From contig JAUFOQ010000001.1 in NCBI GenBank assembly GCA_040285855.1, forward strand, positions 3,844,001 to 3,908,000: a stretch of DNA of 64,000 bases, written 5' to 3'. Position 1 is the first letter of the stretch, and each line of letters starts with the position of its first letter. This DNA is from Eukaryota sp. GEM-RC1 (Eukaryota). A program made the position numbers and the translations under genes. The notes under the pieces were generated by a model. It had not been told where the DNA came from and did not search any database. It was given only the letters and a program-made list of their open reading frames with translations. Shown here piece by piece: positions 1 to 11,440 of the stretch.

Positions 1-71
1 TGTCCGAACTCTCCTCACCCGAGAGTCTCTCCTCACACGAGAGCCCATCTTCAAACGTTGATGGAAGTTCC

Positions 72-2268
72 TTGGCTTCTTCGGAAGCCGGCGAAACGAC
101 TGGTATAAGACCCTTGGGCTCTTCGGAGTCTGGCGGCAACCCTGGTCCTTTGGAGTCATCCATTGGACCAGAACAGGAAGATCCTCTTGGAATCAAGAAG
201 GTTCTGGAGAAATACGGAGTCCCCGTTATCTTTTCAGATACCACTAGTACTCCGGGGAGACAATGTTGTGGGTAATGCTACTTCGTCTGTAGTTCAGCCA
301 ACATCATTGCCCTCTCATCATGTTTCTGATTCTTCCTTGTTAGTTAGTAGTTTATTAAATAAAGATAACGTTGACCCTTCAGTTCCTCTGTCTAGAGAGG
401 TTGAAGAGAGCCTTAGGCAACTTCAAACAGTCCTAGCTCAGCATAAGACCAGGGCAGAAGAAGCAAAACGACAGCTTCTGGAGCAACAGCAAAAAACAGC
501 TAATCTTTCCATGACTGAGAGAGCTCTAGCTGTAGAACAACAAACCGGTTATGTGTCTAGACCTCATAGAGATGCAGTTCCCAACGATCTCATCCCGTTT
601 GTAAGTCCGTACGATCAGAGTGTCTCCATCTCTGACTACGACTTGTGGCATCTTGCCAAATTTGCTCCCTGGCATCCCACTTTGCGTCATAGAATGCCTG
701 CTGGAAGACATTACTTGCTGAAAAATGTTCCTCCTGGCACGTCTCCTCAAGCCATAAAACAGTTTTTGGGTGACTTATATGATAGTAGAGCTGGTGATAC
801 TTATAGGTTTCCTTCCACCTACTCTTGGGATCCTAGACATGGTATCATCATTGAACCTTTAGTCCAGATATTCAGTGCTGATGGTCAGTCAGTTTCATAT
901 GAATACTCCGCCTGGTACTTACATTCGTTGAACAATAAACGCAAGTTATATCACAACGTTTCTGTAAGTACCGAATGGCTCCTACTGGTCATCAGTATAG
1001 TCATTTACCTGCGGCGACAAGAGTTCTGGATAGTTTGTCAACTTCACCACAAGATGTTGACTCTGTCCCTGTTCAACCTTTTTCTGGAATTGGTGGTTCC
1101 CAATTGGTACTCCCATTAGCTTCTCAAGCTATGTGTGAAAAAGCTACATTTGCTCCGAACCTTTCTGATTTAAATGGCTTAGATAGTGTTCAAAGATTCT
1201 TCCCTGGTGAAGTTTACAGACCTGAGCAGGTTGATAGATTTACACACGGTCTTAGAGATGGTATCTCTACCCAAAATTTTGAAGCTCAATTTGGTGGTGA
1301 AGAAAGATTCATCAGCTTAGAAGAACATGAAAGTGTTTATCGTAAGCCAGAAGGCTTTGCTAAAGGTTGTGATGAATCTATGTCCATGGCTCTCTCCTCA
1401 GAACAGCTTGCTCAAAATAGAAAAAATCATGTTGCTCACATGACCAGAAGTAGAAAAACTCCTAAACGATCAAATTCGATCGAGATAAGTGATCTGACTT
1501 CTCAATCAAAATCACCTTTAGCAGAACTTTCTGATGTCACTGACTCTATGTCTGAAGATAGCTCATCTGAAGACGAAGAACCGAACGTTTTGGCTGATAC
1601 TCCCATCATTTTGTCTGGTGTCCCTCAAAGAAAAGATCGAACAAAGAAAAAGTCCATTTCAAAGAAATCAAGACCCAGCTGCCTCAAATCCGAGAGTCGC
1701 GAGGACATAATTAAGTTCATCCATGAATTTAGTTATTGGGCAATTCATGTCCGGAAACAATCAAATCGTAAAGACTTTGACACTCGTTTAGGTATCGCTC
1801 CAATCAATAAATTTGATCTCGTAAGACTCACTTTGTTAGAGATTGATCCTACTGGTGTTTCCGAATTCATTGATCGTCAATTGCTGAGTGACTGGAAGCT
1901 TCTAAATGTTCCAGGTCCAGATTCAAACATAACTGAAAAAGACCTTTGGTTCAGATTGGTTCTCCTGAGCCAATACACTTCTACTACTCAAGCTATGGGT
2001 GATCTGAAGAATCTTAGACTTAGTCAATCTAATGATCCATCCACTGTAATGAATCGGTACCTAAAGCTTGTTATCAACATTTTAAAATGTTCGACAGCCA
2101 TTTCCCTAGGTACTGGTAGAACTTTTCTCCCAGCTAGCATCTCAGCCGACTTAGTGTTATGTACACTCAATCCTCAGAAAGAAATTGCTGCTCTAAACGA
2201 TCTCCAAGTTAAGTGGGAACACACTTTAAAGAACAATGAACATTTGCTTCCTGAATTTTTGAGTGAAT
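72..2268 (+). pseudogene. gag-like region of the retrotransposon, split over three reading segments (72-275, 163-1119, 975-2276) and truncated at the 3' end
   Basis: Long ORFs directly upstream of the RT remnant, with a coiled-coil-like stretch and a helical C-terminal part. Part of it is duplicated together with the element's 3' end in the inverted copy. Gag identity rests on position, not on a motif. Confidence 0.6.
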
Positions 2269-2620
2269 TGTTGTAGGCAATACCTTTGAAGAGTTTATTT
2301 CAAGAATAAATCTAGTACTGGAACGAGCAGAACGTTTTAGAGTACGGATTGGATTGAAGAAGTGTAGGTTCACCACTTCTAAACATCCTAATAAGATTCT
2401 GGGCAGCAACTTTTGTAATAAAACCCGTTGCATAGATGATAAAAGAGTTTCGGCGTTGATTGAGTTACCTGCTCCTTCAACTTTACCTCAAGTTAGAAGT
2501 TTACTTGGTGCTTTAAATTATGTTCGTGAATGGATTCCAAACTACTCGAACTTGACTGCATCAATCAATGAACTGACTCGTGGTAAACCCAAGAAAATTG
2601 CTTGGACAAAAGACCATGAT
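2269..2620 (+). pseudogene. Reverse transcriptase C-terminal/thumb remnant
   Basis: Reads IVVGNTFEEFISRINLVLERAERFRVRIGLKKCRF...ILG...PAPSTLPQVRSLLGALNYVREWIPNYS...L..LT, the typical Ty3 RT sequence immediately after the YxDD box. The YxDD box itself is absent. Confidence 0.85.
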
Positions 2621-3053
2621 AATACCTAAAGGTGCAAAGGGGAAGGTAAAGGGTGTTTATAAATCAAATTATACGTACTAGTAACACTTCACTAACACCT
2701 GTGGCTAACATTACCTCTTCTCTCTTCTTGAGCTCCTTGTCCTCTTAGCTACAGGTGTCTTAACTACAGACGATGACTTTGGAATACTCATACTACTTGA
2801 GGTACGTTTAAGCTTAGTGGGTTTACTCTTAGCTACGTTTCTACTATTACAAAATAAATCTACATTTTCTAATTTTACAAATTCACTATACGCCTTGGTG
2901 TTCTTGATGTCCTTGGTGGGAACTGATGAAGTATCACCACCAAACCAAAGTACAGTACAATGTTCACCATCGGGTGTATTGAACCTATCTAGGATCTTAA
3001 CCACGATGTGTTCTTCAGAATCCCCAGAAGCAATTGCTCTGTGGAGATCATGA
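2619..3053 (-). repeat. Inverted copy of 5917-6350 (integrase C-terminus, PPT, LTR start)
   Basis: Reverse complement is nearly identical (one SNP noticed at about 2647). Same peptide HDLHRAIASG...RREKR in the ORF track. Confidence 0.97.
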
Positions 3054-3054
3054 A

Positions 3055-4191
3055 TGAGGGACACCAGACAAAATGATGGGAGTATCAGCCAAAACGTTAG
3101 GTTCTTCGTCTTCAGATGAGCTATCTTCAGACATAGAGTCAGTGACATCAGAAAGTTCTGCCAAAGGTGATTTTGATTGAGAAGTTAGATCACTTATCTC
3201 GATCGAATTTGATCGTTTAGGAGTTTTTCTACTTCTGGTCATGTGAGCAACATGATTTTTTCTATTTTGAGCAAGCTGTTCTGAGGAGAGAGCCATGGAC
3301 ATAGATTCATCACAACCTTTAGCAAAGCCTTCTGGCTTACGATAAACACTTTCATGTTCTTCTAAGCTGATGAATCTTTCTTCACCACCAAATTGAGCTT
3401 CAAAATTTTGGGTAGAGATACCATCTCTAAGACCGTGTGTAAATCTATCAACCTGCTCAGGTCTGTAAACTTCACCAGGGAAGAATCTTTGAACACTATC
3501 TAAGCCATTTAAATCAGAAAGGTTCGGAGCAAATGTAGCTTTTTCACACATAGCTTGAGAAGCTAATGGGAGTACCAATTGGGAACCACCAATTCCAGAA
3601 AAAGGTTGAACAGGGACAGAGTCAACATCTTGTGGTGAAGTTGACAAACTATCCAGAACTCTTGTCGCCGCAGGTAAATGACTATACTGATGACCAGTAG
3701 GAGCCATTCGGTACTTACAGAAACGTTGTGATATAACTTGCGTTTATTGTTCAACGAATGTAAGTACCAGGCGGAGTATTCATATGAAACTGACTGACCA
3801 TCAGCACTGAATATCTGGACTAAAGGTTCAATGATGATACCATGTCTAGGATCCCAAGAGTAGGTGGAAGGAAACCTATAAGTATCACCAGCTCTACTAT
3901 CATATAAGTCACCCAAAAACTGTTTTATGGCTTGAGGAGACGTGCCAGGAGGAACATTTTTCAGCAAGTAATGTCTTCCAGCAGGCATTCTATGACGCAA
4001 AGTGGGATGCCAGGGAGCAAATTTGGCAAGATGCCACAAGTCGTAGTCAGAGATGGAGACACTCTGATCGTACGAACTTACAAACGGGATGAGATCGTTG
4101 GGAACTGCATCTCTATGAGGTCTAGACACATAACCGGTTTGTTGTTCTACAGCTAGAGCTCTCTCAGTCATGGAAAGATTGGCTGTTTTTT
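3055..4191 (-). repeat. Inverted copy of about 491-1627 (gag-like region)
   Basis: ORFs 3563-4171 and 3048-3707 reproduce the peptides of 163-1119 and 975-2276 with only a few SNPs. Confidence 0.97.
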
Positions 4192-6258
4192 CCTCCAGCT
4201 CCTCCAGGAACTCCGTTAGAAGAACGTAGAGTTAGACCTGTATCGTTTTATAGCCGTTTACTCAATGATAGTCAACAGAATTGGGCAGCTATCCAGAAAG
4301 AGCTGTATGCCATTCTCTTGATTCTGACCGAATCTAGTTTAGAAGGTTTCCTATTAAGTAGGCATTTGACGATCTTTACAGATCATAGGAACCTTGCTTA
4401 TCTGATTTCAGCTCCAGAGAAGAATCGTATTGTCAAACGATGGATTCCAATTTTCTCGGAGTTTGATTTTGAGATAGAGCATGTAGCTGGTACAAACAAT
4501 CAATGGGCTGACATGTTATCACGTGTCATTGACCGTCGCCCAGTTGAAACAATCAAATCTCTGTTGATCTCAAATCATACCATCAGAAATGATATAATTC
4601 TTTCTCACGAAGGGTTAATCTATGATGAAGCTGATTACGTTGAGATGCTTCCTTGTAACACCAACATACTAGCTATCAAGAGTCTACAAGACCTCTCAAC
4701 ATACAATAAATTGCCTTTATTTGATTCTTGGTTATCAACCATTCGAGCTGAACAACACAAAGCTATCAATGAAGGAGATCAACTGTTTCAGGATTCAACA
4801 CTGTGTACTATGAGCAACGTATACATCAACTCCAAGAACAAGATTTTGATTCCATCTAGTTTGAGAACGAAAGTTCTTTACATGCTACATGGATTAGTCC
4901 AGTCAGGACATCCAAACAAGAAACGAAGTTTGGAAATATTGTTCAATAGTGGTTACTTTTGGCCAAGTATGAAAGCTGACATGGTAAAACATGTTAAGCA
5001 ATGCCCTGCGTGTCAGAAAACGGCACCTGTCCCTAAAAAGATAATTGAATCGACGGGTTCTCTATGGGCTGATAGACCTTTTGCCAGACTTAATGTCGAC
5101 ACAATTGGTCCACTTCCAAAAGATCAAAATGGAAACCAATTCCTATTGGTGTTTGTAGATTCTTTCACCAGATACACCATTTTGAGCCCCCTCGAAGAAC
5201 TTAACAGTAGAGAAGTAGCATATCGTCTTGTGTGGGATGTGATTGCTATCTTTGGAATACCGTTTTGTATCCATAGTGATAATGGTACCGAGTTTGCCAA
5301 TGCTATTTTCGAGGCAATATGTAACCTACTGGCGATTGAAGTAAGTCGTTCGATTCCTCATTTCTCCCAGAGTAATGGACTGGTGGAACGACGTCACAGA
5401 GACGTTCTGCAAAGCCTACGTCGTCTTCTTGTGGACTTCAATGATTATGACAATTGGTCAACGTACATTCCAACTGTACAATTGCAAATCAACGCAACGA
5501 ATAGTTCTGTGACTGGGCACTCACCTTATGAATTGATGTTTGGTAGTGACATAAGTCCTGGTGCAGATCCTAGTAATTTACTAGCTGCTGTTGAGAAATC
5601 AACAAAGAATGTTCCGTTTATTAACGACATTAAAATGAAACTGGATCGTCTTACTAAAAAGAGAGAAGAGGCAGAGGTTCGTCAATCGAGACTCAAGCCA
5701 AAGAAGAAGTCTGTCCCCAGTCAATCATTCAATGTAGGAGACCTTGTTTTAAAAGCATCCAAAACTAGTAAGCTTCATGGTAATTACACTGGACCTTATT
5801 TAGTTGTCTCAATTGATTCGAAATCGTCAGTTTCCTTAAAGAATCTGATCACTGGATATGTTAGTAAGACTAGCATTCATCAATGTAAGATCTTTCAATC
5901 AGATCTACCTGCTGATCATGATCTCCACAGAGCAATTGCTTCTGGGGATTCTGAAGAACACATCGTGGTTAAGATCCTAGATAGGTTCAATACACCCGAT
6001 GGTGAACATTGTACTGTACTTTGGTTTGGTGGTGATACTTCATCAGTTCCCACCAAGGACATCAAGAACACCAAGGCGTATAGTGAATTTGTAAAATTAG
6101 AAAATGTAGATTTATTTTGTAATAGTAGAAACGTAGCTAAGAGTAAACCCACTAAGCTTAAACGTACCTCAAGTAGTATGAGTATTCCAAAGTCATCGTC
6201 TGTAGTTAAGACACCTGTAGCTAAGAGGACAAGGAGCTCAAGAAGAGAGAAGAGGTAA
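4192..6258 (+). CDS. pol C-terminal part: RNase H (partial), integrase (HHCC + DDE), chromo-like domain
   Basis: Open frame from 4192. RNase H motifs RPVSFYSR...NWAAIQKELYAI, TDHRNL and ADMLSR. Zinc finger H..H..CPAC. Catalytic residues in NVDTIG, SDNG and VERRHR. GPY motif. Chromo-like EEHIVVKILDR...VLWFGG. Confidence 0.92.
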   Translation, partial: PPAPPGTPLEERRVRPVSFYSRLLNDSQQNWAAIQKELYAILLILTESSLEGFLLSRHLTIFTDHRNLAYLISAPEKNRIVKRWIPIFSEFDFEIEHVAGTNNQWADMLSRVIDRRPVETIKSLLISNHTIRNDIILSHEGLIYDEADYVEMLPCNTNILAIKSLQDLSTYNKLPLFDSWLSTIRAEQHKAINEGDQLFQDSTLCTMSNVYINSKNKILIPSSLRTKVLYMLHGLVQSGHPNKKRSLEILFNSGYFWPSMKADMVKHVKQCPACQKTAPVPKKIIESTGSLWADRPFARLNVDTIGPLPKDQNGNQFLLVFVDSFTRYTILSPLEELNSREVAYRLVWDVIAIFGIPFCIHSDNGTEFANAIFEAICNLLAIEVSRSIPHFSQSNGLVERRHRDVLQSLRRLLVDFNDYDNWSTYIPTVQLQINATNSSVTGHSPYELMFGSDISPGADPSNLLAAVEKSTKNVPFINDIKMKLDRLTKKREEAEVRQSRLKPKKKSVPSQSFNVGDLVLKASKTSKLHGNYTGPYLVVSIDSKSSVSLKNLITGYVSKTSIHQCKIFQSDLPADHDLHRAIASGDSEEHIVVKILDRFNTPDGEHCTVLWFGGDTSSVPTKDIKNTKAYSEFVKLENVDLFCNSRNVAKSKPTKLKRTSSSMSIPKSSSVVKTPVAKRTRSSRREKR

Positions 6259-6350
6259 TGTTAGCCACAGGTGTTAGTGAAGTGTTACTAGTACGTATAA
6301 TTTGATTTATAAACACCCTTTTCCTTCCCCTTTGCACCTTTAGGTATTAT
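6259..6350 (+). repeat. 5' portion of the 3' LTR (truncated or atypical end)
   Basis: Begins TGTTAGCC directly after the polypurine tract and the pol stop codon. No CA terminus is visible before unrelated sequence starts at about 6351. Confidence 0.7.
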
Positions 6351-7130
6351 TTGAACGACCACAAAGACATGGAGAATGCTTCAAAAGACCATAAACCTAA
6401 CCCAAGTCTCATGTTTATAAGCCATTCATAATCCTTAAGATTAAAACAAAATTTTCTTGGCAAACGAGAAACAAATGAAGACGCATCGCTTGAAGAAATA
6501 TCATTCAAAAATGCACAAAAAGCGGAACTCTTAGTCATAGCCAAGCTAATACGGTTTTTAAAGTCCAAGCTTTCGTGAAACAAAACAAACTTCTTCTGTA
6601 ACTTGCGAACACACAAAGGCAAAGAGAAAATGCTTCTCTGCTGAATTTCTGTTACCCCAACAGGAAATAACTCTGACCACAAATTGGAGTCAAGACTATC
6701 AATTAAATTTTGAAGACTAATTAACCATGCACAAGGTGAGTGAAGTAAAAAATCTTTCGTTTTCCATAACACAGGATAACGATTCTGAAATTCAAACAAA
6801 AAATTCTTTAGAGACCCCCAAAAAGGCACAATCACGCATGTACTTAGCTTTCGTGAAACCAATACCACCAAAAGAAGTAGAAGTGAAACAATGAGAAGGA
6901 AGTGAAGAGTCTTTGTTACCAACCAGATAACTAACAAAATTTGTGCGCAATGAATTCAAATTACGAGATAATTCGAGAGTTAGTTCAGGCGGTAAACCAC
7001 GTAAAAAGTGATTAATTTTACCACCAAAACAAACTTGCAGCATAGCAAAAGACACTTGTTTACCTACATGTAGATCAACGATTTGGTTAAGCTGCTGAAA
7101 GATACAAGATGATGCGAGTAAAGATGATGT
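6351..7130 (-). pseudogene. Degenerate non-LTR retrotransposon fragment (CRE/R2-like, region downstream of RT)
   Basis: Frameshifted peptides LQVCFGGKINHFLRGLPP, TSTSFGGIGFTKAKYMRDCAFLG and AFLNDISSSDASSFVSRLP..FNLKDYEWLINMRLGL match the post-RT pattern of RLE-type non-LTR elements. DNA is similar to 55130-55190. Confidence 0.7.
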
Positions 7131-7945
7131 AATTAATCCCCTCATTGCTGATTTTCTTTTGGAATTGAAGTATCGTTCATGTTTGGTAGTTAGACCTTGT
7201 GAACTTGGTCTGATCACTGCTGCTTGGAAATTTTACAGATGTTTTGTGTTAATCCATTTATCAAGATCAATTCTTAACGACACAATCTATATGTTGTACG
7301 TCCGTTTTCGAAATCAGATTAACAAAGCTTTGATTTATTGAACAACATTTCAATTTTTGGATATCTAAATGTGAAATTTTTTAGTGAAAGTCTTTCAATA
7401 TGAATTTTGTCATTTTCCATTATTCCAGTAAACAATTCTAATCCTTGCATATACCCTAGAAAGAGATCATATCCTAAAGGTAATCCTAACAAAACAGCCA
7501 TAGCAAAGGGAACTTGATGAAGAATTGGTTCGAAGAAGAAATAGAAGTAGTGAAGAATGTCATTATCATTAAAATCGTAATCAATAATTCACCTTCATTT
7601 CAAACTTAGGATTTCATTCCTTTACTCATCAGACATATACTAGTAACTTAATTTCACTTATTGAAGATTAATTCACCAATTTCATAGAATTTTTGTTGGT
7701 CCTAATGAATTGAAGATTAATTTTCTTTGATACTCCAATTACTTGAGAGTCTTAGTCATCAGTCATGACAAAAAATAAATATTTCAATATGTGATGGAAC
7801 AAAATAAATATTTTTATGCAATAGTATTTCAATATTTAAATAGAAATATTTTTTCCAACCCCTGCTTGAGACTCTCTAGTAGAGAATCCACAATTAGATA
7901 CAGCATGTAGAAGATTCATTTAATTAAAGGAATTCATCACCTATC

Positions 7946-9353
7946 ATGACTTCAACCCCTTTTGGATTCTCCCCAGCTAAAGTACTGTCAGATCTTCTCT
8001 TCAACGAGGATCTTGCTGATCAACAGATTCTATTTAACGATGAACTTCTCCATGTAAACCGCAACGTTCTTGCTCTCAACTGCAAGTTCTTCCACGATCT
8101 CTGGCACCTAGACTTCTGTGACAAACACGAGAACCCTTTAGATCTTTCCAATCTCCCTGTTTCCACCTCTTCTCTCACCACGTTCTTCCGCTCCCTGTAT
8201 GGTCAAGATGCGGAGATCACCAAAGACAATGCATACGATCTCTTCTATCTTTCTCACTACTTCAAATGTGATGCCCTATCTTCCCAAATCACGTCATCAC
8301 TCAACTCTTCCCTCGTAGACTCCCAATACTTGTCTACCTTCATCTCTGAAGCCAACAAAGTGGATGATCTTCGTGCACTTTTGTTTGCAGGTCCTTTCAT
8401 TCAGAAAGTCTCTTCATTTCCTCCTCTTTGTCTTTCCACTTCTTATCTTGTTTCTATTAACGAGAACGAGTTTTGTGGATCTAAGGAAAGTCTTTGCTGG
8501 TTTGTCAGAAGTCTAGTGAAGTCGATAGAAGACGATTCTTTTGATTGTTCAGAATTGGAAGGTGTTTTGAACTCGATCAAAATTGATTTGTTTGATTGGA
8601 ACGATTGGAATGAGTTGTTACTTGAACCTCTTGAAATATTTGAAAACTGTAAGGAAGTTTTGATGAAATTTCATCAAGAACGTCTTCGAGTTCAGTATTT
8701 TGAAAAACTTGTCAGTGAAAAGAACATATTCAAAAAGTTAATGCTGAAATTCAACAGAAATTTGATGCCGTTCAATTAGAGAATCAAAAAAGTTTGATTC
8801 TCTTCTATCAAGTAATGAAGCTCTCTTGAACAAGATTAATCAATTAGAGAAAGATAATGAGGTGCTAAGAAACTCTGCCACTACAATGTCTTTTTCTCCT
8901 CAGCATAAACATTCTGATATTGTTATATCGAACTCTGGTAAGAGGATTTCCTTCAGTGGAAGTACTGGGTGGCGTTCAATTCTAGGTGATAAACCCTTGG
9001 TGAAAGGAGGTGTTTATAAGTGGAAAGTTAGGTATCAGATTAGTACTATTTTTGTTGTAAGTATTGGAATTGTTCCACTTAAGAACTTTAATTCTTCATC
9101 TGGTCCAAATAGAATGGCTAATTCAAAGTACATCCGTACTGACTCCAAAGAAAACCTCTCAGGATCATTTTCTGAGTGGAAAACTGGTGATGTACTAGAA
9201 TTAACTGCTGACATGAGGAATAATACTTTCTCAATCAAGGAAATCAATTCTGGATATATTAACGTGAGCTCGAACTTTGATGACGTGGACGATGTTTATT
9301 ATCCTGTTTTCTTTATTTATGACTCTTTTCACGTCATTGAAATCGTTGATTGA
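7946..9353 (+). CDS. BTB/POZ + coiled-coil + SPRY/B30.2-like protein (one gene, two apparent homopolymer frameshifts at about 8720 and 8790)
   Basis: N-terminal BTB pattern (LADQQILF..LHVNRNVLALNCKFF..LYG..AYDLFYLSHYF). C-terminal SPRY-like pattern (GVYKWKVRY, GDVLELTADM, YYPVF). Adding one A in each of two A-runs gives a continuous EKEHIQKVNAEIQQKFDAVQLENQKKFDSLLSSNEALLNK. Confidence 0.8.
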
Positions 9354-10329
9354 TTGTTGTTAGAACTTCAAAGAAAGAAATCCCCTGGAAATAGTTATCT
9401 CAAATTTAACTTATTGAACTCGGTTACACACTCGAATTATTTGTTGTACCGATTTGTATTTTCGTTGTTCAGATCTCTTGGTAATTGAGCATCATTACCT
9501 AAACCCTTTGTAATTGCATTGTAAAAGATTAAAGACTTTTGTCCACAGATTTTGGAAATAATGTAGGTAAGATTTTCCAAATAGGACATTTGGACTTTGA
9601 GGATATTGATCTTTAGATCGTCTAGAAATTTAGTCTACCCTCTCATAAAGGTTTACCTTTAAAGGTTTGTAAATGTATAGAAAAGTTCCACCATACTGCA
9701 CATTGCTTGAACCTTACATATGGTTCACAATTGCAATATGATAGGTTGATTGTGTATGCACTACCCCTTGTTCTCTGATCACGCCGTAAGTTATGACAAA
9801 CGTTATGCTGACTCAGGATCAACGTTCTATAACCAGATAGCATCACTACTATGTAGTCTTAATAACTAAAATTAAGACTACATAGGGAACAGTTCTCAAA
9901 AGTCTTTGAGTCGGTATTTCCACTAGTTCCACCATTCCTCTGGTTAATGATTATGGTTATTTATTGTATTGGTTTCATAACTAATTTCACGATATTAATG
10001 GGCCCTCATTTGTCCTTGTGTCTTCATAAACAAACAAGATGAGACACAATTTATTAGTCACGTCATGGAAGAAGCCTTCATTCTAACTCTACTCAGTTTT
10101 TTTCTCGTATATAGTTCTTTAATACTTCGTTTTTTCTCAATAGATTCTACACATTACTTTTAACATCTACAATATTTATACAAATAATTACAGTATCCTC
10201 TCTACATCTTCTCACTCTATATTAATTCTCGTTGCTTTCAATTCCCTAAGTCATTTGGTTATATAACTTCTCGGTGTATATATCTCGCTTTTCAAGAGCC
10301 AAACTATAAAACATCGAAGACCAAAACCC

Positions 10330-10600
10330 GTATCAATCGAGTGTCAAACAGTCAGCACTACTCATTTAGTATGCTGACAAGTACTTACACTTAAAGAATA
10401 CCGATCTAGCCCTGTGGGCCAAAGAAACCTTCAAATTTCGTGCACCTGCTCACCGAACAACTATAGGAAAGATACACAAACGACGTGCCCAAATTCCTGA
10501 ACAAGCAATTACACTATAAAAGAACTTATGACCATCAGCAAAAGGACACGAACATTCAAATACCCTGAACTAGATGCAGCTTTTGCTTTGTTTCTGGAAA
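10330..10600 (+). pseudogene. CENP-B/pogo-type HTH DNA-binding domain relic
   Basis: Fragments HLKNTDLALWAKETFKFRAPAHRTTIGKI and KYPELDAAFALFLE resemble the CENP-B N-terminal HTH and the HTH_Tnp_Tc5 motif. Interrupted by stops and frameshifts. Confidence 0.55.
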
Positions 10601-11362
10601 TGAACTCGTCACTGATGACGAACACCGAAGACGTCATTATGGCAACCACAACCTGAAGTCACTAGAACAAAAGCATATAATGCTCTTAGAGCTTTGTAAT
10701 CCTATGTCTCTGAAAACTTTCACTCCAAACACGCCTCGTTATACACTTTGGATGAAGTTTAACGTGAGTTTGACGAAATAGGAGTCGGAGAATTGAGGCA
10801 AAGAACTTTGATGCACTTTTTCCACTCTACAAATGAAGCACATGTGATTGACATTGAGTTAATAAACATATGTAATGTAGTCTGAATACTATGGGAATTT
10901 AGACTACATTGATGACGTGGCAACATTTCTAGTGGGAATTCAGACTACAATGGAAAGGCCAATGACGACGAATATGGTTATACTTCAATTCTTGGTAATA
11001 ATGGAATTGCTGCTGAAAATTTCTTTGATACCTTTTCAAAGTTGTGCTGTGAGCATAGGAAAATTTTTAATCAGTCTCTTTGGCGCAATCGCGTTGTTTT
11101 TTCCTTATATAGAAGTTTCCCAAAGTATTTGAATCGTATTCTGGACAAATTGTATCGTGGTAGTTCAAGAGTAGATGTTGATCATTTAAAATCTTTTAAG
11201 TACTAGTTGTTTGTATTTCGATAATTTACAACATAAAACCTTTTATATTTCTTTTGTTAATATTGACGATGTACATGTTCTAAATTACACATAGAAATGA
11301 AGTGTAACAGACGAAATTCACTTTTCTACCGGCATTAATTCTTCTCACATGTCCACAGAGGG

Positions 11363-11440
11363 TATGCTTGTACTTACAAGGACTGTGATAAAGTTTTCGG
11401 ATCCAAACATGGATTAAGGTTCCACGTGAACGCCAAGCAG
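11363..11440 (+). pseudogene. C2H2 zinc finger relic
   Basis: YACTYKDCDKVFGSKHGLRFHVNAKQ, with the last His replaced by Gln. Confidence 0.6.

Larger units (their letters stand above)
1..6350 (+). mobile_element. Rearranged Ty3/Gypsy (chromovirus-like) LTR retrotransposon; 5' end outside the window
   Basis: Domain order is gag-like, RT remnant, RNase H, integrase, chromo-like domain, then a polypurine tract (AGAAGAGAGAAGAGG, 6241-6255) and a TG-starting LTR at 6259. RT-RH-IN order is diagnostic of Ty3/Gypsy. Confidence 0.9.

Noticed and set aside
1..50. Window starts with TGT and has a short direct repeat (CTCTCCTCACnCGAGAG x2), suggesting an LTR start
   Set aside because: No match to the LTR at 6259; the window edge is arbitrary and the region is probably within gag.
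2619..6350. DIRS-type element with inverted terminal repeats
   Set aside because: It encodes a DDE integrase rather than a tyrosine recombinase, and the inverted segments include coding sequence.
7319..7640. Minus-strand coding-like fragment
   Set aside because: Multiple stops and no recognisable motif.
9528..9542. TAAAGACTTTT-like motif downstream of several genes as a polyadenylation signal
   Set aside because: Seen after only about three genes and in AT-rich context; needs 3'-end data.
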